Assembly (NCBI GenBank): GCA_964016885.1
Contig: OZ024746.1
Span: 18,662,001 to 18,726,000 of the forward strand
DNA length: 64,000 nt
DNA from: Eledone cirrhosa
Lineage: Eukaryota
Reading direction: 5' to 3'
Both the position numbers and the translations under genes were made by a program. The notes under the pieces were generated by a model. The model did no database searches, was not told where the DNA came from, and saw only the letters and a program-made list of their open reading frames with translations. Shown piece after piece: positions 62,301 to 64,000 of the stretch; the stretch's first letter is position 1, and each line of letters opens with the position of its first letter.

Positions 62301-62524
62301 TTCTTTAAAATGTTTACTTAAATGTAATTTTGTCTGTTTTCTCTCAGCTTCAAGAGGCTGGTCATTTTGTTAGTCGCTATCCATGGTTAGATCTTCTCCC
62401 ACCATTTCAAGGGATCAAATCCTACAGGACAGCTTGTCATTACTTCCGCTCCCCTTCTGGTACTCCTGTTCAGCCTTTCATGTGTCCTTGCTACTTTTGT
62501 AATGAAGATTTATTAAAGCTTCAG
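28716..62524 (+). CDS. HPS3: Hermansky-Pudlak syndrome 3 protein (BLOC-2 subunit) homolog, 3'-incomplete, 19 coding exons in window
   Basis: Phase-consistent GT-AG exons: 28716-28932, 32533-33381, 34591-34698, 35579-35760, 36025-36141, 37215-37357, 38271-38334, 49341-49513, 49813-49918, 50814-50900, 52685-52781, 53667-53736, 55530-55617, 56422-56499, 56970-57068, 58056-58116, 59800-59834, 60788-60880, 62348-62524. The N-terminus MVRVFRCFGFKSQVV..EP...STEGLVQQLAYSEKDDYLATLE resembles HPS3_N. Further matches: SHVILLSK, WSLY, YLHVLQEANLILR, ESCQKLGDFY, LPYYNMAG, YPW and EDLLKLQ. No stop codon in the window. Confidence 0.9.
29098..29348. mobile_element. Older piggyBac-type MITE, second family
   Basis: TTTA|CCCTTTTATTACC ... 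GGTAAGGAAAGGG|TTAA, with imperfect TIRs. Confidence 0.55.
29990..30418 (-). mobile_element. CRE-like RLE fragment (HPS3 intron 1)
   Basis: PWSRGRCLVWDVT..KY..F.PVAFETFGGVGP..FLSSL..TGESREGAWLFQRISLAITRGN. Confidence 0.8.
30417..30651. repeat. AT-rich tandem duplication (about 130-bp period)
   Basis: TAGAA.TTGTTTATAATTCTTA.AGAATGA..AATAATATATACAATACTTAATT..CATTAAAATATAAATT.AAAACGAA occurs twice. Confidence 0.8.
31400..31740 (-). mobile_element. CRE-like RLE fragment (HPS3 intron 1)
   Basis: Reverse complement of the 20880-21290 type (CCCTCAGTTCTGGAGCCAGCTGGATTGTC..GTGTTTGAGACGTTT). Confidence 0.7.
32285..32412 (+). mobile_element. Young SINE, 5'-truncated
   Basis: Nearly identical to the 3' part of 48715-48898. 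Confidence 0.8.
34080..34137. repeat. Perfect 58-bp palindrome without spacer
   Basis: CCAGGTATAATGGTTAGTTGTGATATAGG|CCTATATCACAACTAACCATTATACCTGG. Confidence 0.95.
35075..35380 (+). repeat. RTE-3'UTR-derived element with 48-bp tandem subunits (about 4)
   Basis: TACACTCTATAAAGTGGTAGTGTTGTCATTACAATAAAATATATCCAG repeated. Confidence 0.7.
37441..37652. mobile_element. Tc1/mariner-type MITE (family of 10223-10432)
   Basis: TAGGGTGTTTAAAAAATATT ... AATATTTTGAAACACCCTA, with shared internal sequence. Confidence 0.75.
38480..39230 (-). mobile_element. Decayed RTE/BovB-like LINE fragment
   Basis: The minus strand reads LLFADDAALVAHT..FGLEISLKKTKVLHQ..YL..IDKELDNRLA.A..KRVW. Confidence 0.75.
39897..40143 (-). 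mobile_element. tRNA-derived CORE-like SINE
   Basis: Reverse complement of the 179-525 family, with intact head. Confidence 0.75.
40890..41104 (-). mobile_element. Full-length SINE
   Basis: Reverse complement of the same family (..CCGATACTGCCAATCCACTGCC). Confidence 0.8.
42055..42325 (-). mobile_element. CRE-like RLE fragment
   Basis: FLPVAFEMFGEAG..FLLSLAAHL..AWLFQ. Confidence 0.7.
42330..42608 (+). mobile_element. RTE-type 3' end fragment
   Basis: RPRGRP..W..LGI..DR.CW..L..LPPRP, then a GAA-rich tail. Confidence 0.6.
43175..43870 (+). mobile_element. RTE-type LINE C-terminal fragment with an internal 51-bp tandem expansion
   Basis: IWQSDL.RKIK..ESVLLYGSDTW (x6)..LDGTYTKML..W..H..N..LYG..HCWR..RRP. 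Confidence 0.8.
43250..43550 (+). repeat. 51-bp minisatellite, 6 copies
   Basis: GTATGGATCAGATACATGGAACCTGACACAA recurs every 51 bp. Confidence 0.95.
44394..44792 (+). mobile_element. Two head-to-tail SINEs (older then younger subfamily)
   Basis: The first copy ends AGAAACCATT at about 44611. The second begins immediately with GATTGGCAGTATCGG. Confidence 0.8.
45145..45358 (-). mobile_element. Inverted 3'-UTR fragment of the same CR1/L2-group LINE
   Basis: Reverse complement of about 47220-47430. Confidence 0.85.
45550..47432 (+). mobile_element. CR1/L2-group LINE, 5'-truncated, frameshifted
   Basis: FWRYV, PGLDG, VYLDFAK, SGVPQGSVLG.LLFVAYIND, KYADD, ERDLG, VWNPY, VQKRTTK..LPYSERL and TRGH, spread over broken frames. 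3' UTR and (ATT)n tail. Confidence 0.9.
48007..48169. repeat. Fold-back element, about 160 bp
   Basis: AATTTAGTTAGAAATAGAAACTTT ... AAAGTTTCTATTTCTAACTAAATT, with inner stem AGCCTGATAG/CTATCAGGCT. Confidence 0.8.
48715..48898 (+). mobile_element. Young full-length SINE with 18-bp TSD
   Basis: ATTATTGATCACACCATG at 48697-48714 and 48899-48916 flanks the element. Confidence 0.9.
50478..50757. repeat. Fold-back (long imperfect palindrome) element, about 280 bp
   Basis: GTTTGAAAATTGAATTGGAAGACTTCGC ... GCGAAGTCTTCTAATTCAATTTTCAAAC, with pairing continuing to a central GGAAAAAGATGGG/CCCATCTTTTTCC. Confidence 0.85.
51400..51975 (-). mobile_element. Decayed RTE fragment related to the 6113-8092 ORF
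   Basis: IFVDLEKAFD*IPQSIIWWSFKKLGVDE. A similar small piece lies at about 11150-11260 (+). Confidence 0.7.
52811..53000 (+). mobile_element. Young full-length SINE with TSD
   Basis: TTCTCTGACT on both sides (52801-52810 and about 53007-53016). Confidence 0.85.
53806..54003. mobile_element. mariner-type MITE
   Basis: TA|CGAGGGTTGGCTGAAAAGTTCATAG ... CTATGAACTTTTCTGTTCACCCTCA|TA. Confidence 0.7.
54615..55028 (-). mobile_element. Two tandem 3'-end fragments of the CR1/L2-group LINE
   Basis: ATAATGAAAT..TTGTGTACAGTGC.CAGGTGCAC.ACAACTCATCAAA occurs twice. Matches 47150-47432. Confidence 0.85.
55346..55490 (+). mobile_element. 5'-truncated SINE with TSD
   Basis: B box, core and tail, with TATTGTTGCT on both sides. 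Confidence 0.75.
56026..56375. repeat. Tandem duplication of an about 75-bp unique segment plus (GCAC)n/(GCTC)n/(GCCC)n microsatellite
   Basis: CTATATAAAATAAAGATGCCTATATTCTACCAAGGTATTGAG..TTATTTCCTGACCGCACGCAC at about 56026 and 56244. Confidence 0.9.
58255..59725. repeat. 55-bp minisatellite, about 26 copies
   Basis: AACCAGA(A/G)GAAAGC(C/T/A)GTGTTTACACACCATTATCACTATCAACATCACTACTAAT with a 55-bp period from 58326 to 59701. The left edge is degenerate. Confidence 0.97.
60372..60738 (-). repeat. RTE-3'UTR-derived array of 39-50-bp subunits (about 8)
   Basis: GACCACTTTACAGGTGTGACTGGGTGCTTTTTGTTGTAT repeated with a 39-bp period at 60512, 60551 and 60590. Confidence 0.75.
61090..61332 (-). mobile_element. 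tRNA-derived CORE-like SINE
   Basis: Colinear with 39897-40143. Confidence 0.75.
61603..61863 (+). mobile_element. Short young RTE-type 3' fragment with poly(A) and 13-bp TSD
   Basis: RRLRLAGHAHRH..LLWEP.HG..RRGRPRLTYVD..DRDRWR, then a stop and an A-run. ATATATATAAATC at 61590-61602 and 61864-61876. Confidence 0.85.
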
Positions 62525-63222
62525 GTAAGTTTTACCTCAAATCCTAAAGTAGTTTGGAATATCTTAGTTGATATTTATGATAAAAGAAGATAACTTAGTA
62601 AATACAATATACTATTATAAGATTGTTGTAATGTTATTTTAAAATTTAACATTTTTATTTGCCTTCCATCAGAAAATTAACAATGAATTTTTTCAATGTA
62701 ATCTCCAATTACTGAAGTAGTTTGGGTTTTCTGGACATGTTTTTGTACTTATATTCTCCAATAACTTTTAGGAGCAGAGTTGTAACTTGGGAAAATAGTG
62801 CCTATGGCAAGCAGTGAAATAGTACCCAAACATTTGACACCCAGTGTAGTTTAAATAAATGAGGGTTTAGGGTATTAAACTGCATTTTTATTTGTTCTAC
62901 AGGTATCTTTTATGCATGTGAAGTATTTGTAAAAGTGTTAGTGTATTTAAAGGGAGCGATCTGTGTAATACTGATCTTTGACAAATATTAAAACACTATT
63001 AAAATATTTGAGAAGTCATAAGGTATGCCTATGTGGTCATGTAATTCCCAGCACTGTATGACCTATGAGCCTAATAATTTATATAACTGGTTTAATGATC
63101 TAGCCACCATATTGTTTCTCACCCAGGATAATCAAAGACAGATAATACATCTGAAGAAGTTTCTTTTTTCACTCTCTGACGATAGCTTATCTGACGTTAA
63201 AAGAAAATGTTTTTAGTTCAAG

Positions 63223-63338
63223 TGGCAAGTATGGCACATGCCATGCTTGGCATATCCTAGTTATGGCAAGTATGGCACATGCCATGCTTGCCATATCCTA
63301 GTTATGGCACGTGCCATGCTTGCCATATCCTAGTTATG
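63223..63338. repeat. About 41-bp tandem repeat (about 3x) of hairpin-forming units
   Basis: TGGCAAGTATGGCACATGCCATGCTTGCCATATCCTAGTTA. Confidence 0.85.
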
Positions 63339-64000
63339 CTTCTATTTAGGAGTCATATTCCTACACATACATTTTACTTGAATAAACAGTTTCAACACAC
63401 TAATCTATTTTACTACTCTCTAATAAAACATCTTAATCAGTCTGGTGGGATGAATAACATTTTGTTAGTAATTTCTATGTTCTGATTTTTAAGGTCATTT
63501 TTTATTTTCCAATTGTTAACCATTCTATAAATATAGGTCTTTAATTTGTGCTCTTGTTTTTTGTTCTTACTCTGGAGAAATATCTGTGATGTACAGAAAC
63601 CTCCCTTGGCCTGTCTGGGAGGTCAGTAGTTCCACTTCAGTAATGATTAGGTCTACGTAGATCCATCGAACCCTTGCTTGCAGGGAAAACAGATGTTAAA
63701 CGATGTTGATGATGTGTCATTCTTTATATATTGTTTGATGATTCTTTTGTATCTTCTCAGACAAAGGATGAGGCATTAAAGTAGAATCATAGTCTACCAT
63801 TGTCATCATCGTTTAACATCTATTTTCCACGCTAGCATAAGTTAGATGAGTTGTGTATATATGTAAAACTAAATTAACAGAAGATAATCTGTGAATGTAT
63901 TGATCAAATGTAATATAAACAAAATAGAACTATAATGTAGAAAATAGACAAAATATGAGGTACATAGTCTAGTAAAGACAAATTATTGTAGTAATGTCAT

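Overview
AT-rich, intron-rich animal DNA. The repeat families suggest a coleoid cephalopod (Octopus-like), but that is inference only. Three spliced genes lie in tandem on the + strand, each rebuilt by hand with phase-consistent GT-AG exons: the 3' part of SF3B2 (17 exons, 602-16421), complete MRPL53 (3 exons, 19269-22671) and HPS3 (19 exons, 28716-62524, running off the window). Introns and spacers are full of mobile DNA: a young 5'-truncated RTE LINE with an intact RT frame carrying a PHD-type finger inside the RT, a decayed CR1/L2-group LINE, six fragments of a CRE-like restriction-endonuclease retroelement (five near gene 5' ends), tRNA-derived SINEs, piggyBac/Tc1-mariner/pogo MITEs, fold-back hairpins, a probable solo LTR and several minisatellites. 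No rRNA, true tRNA or CRISPR was found, and no clearly new biological system is demonstrated. The best leads are the PHD-in-RT LINE and the promoter-proximal CRE-like fragments.
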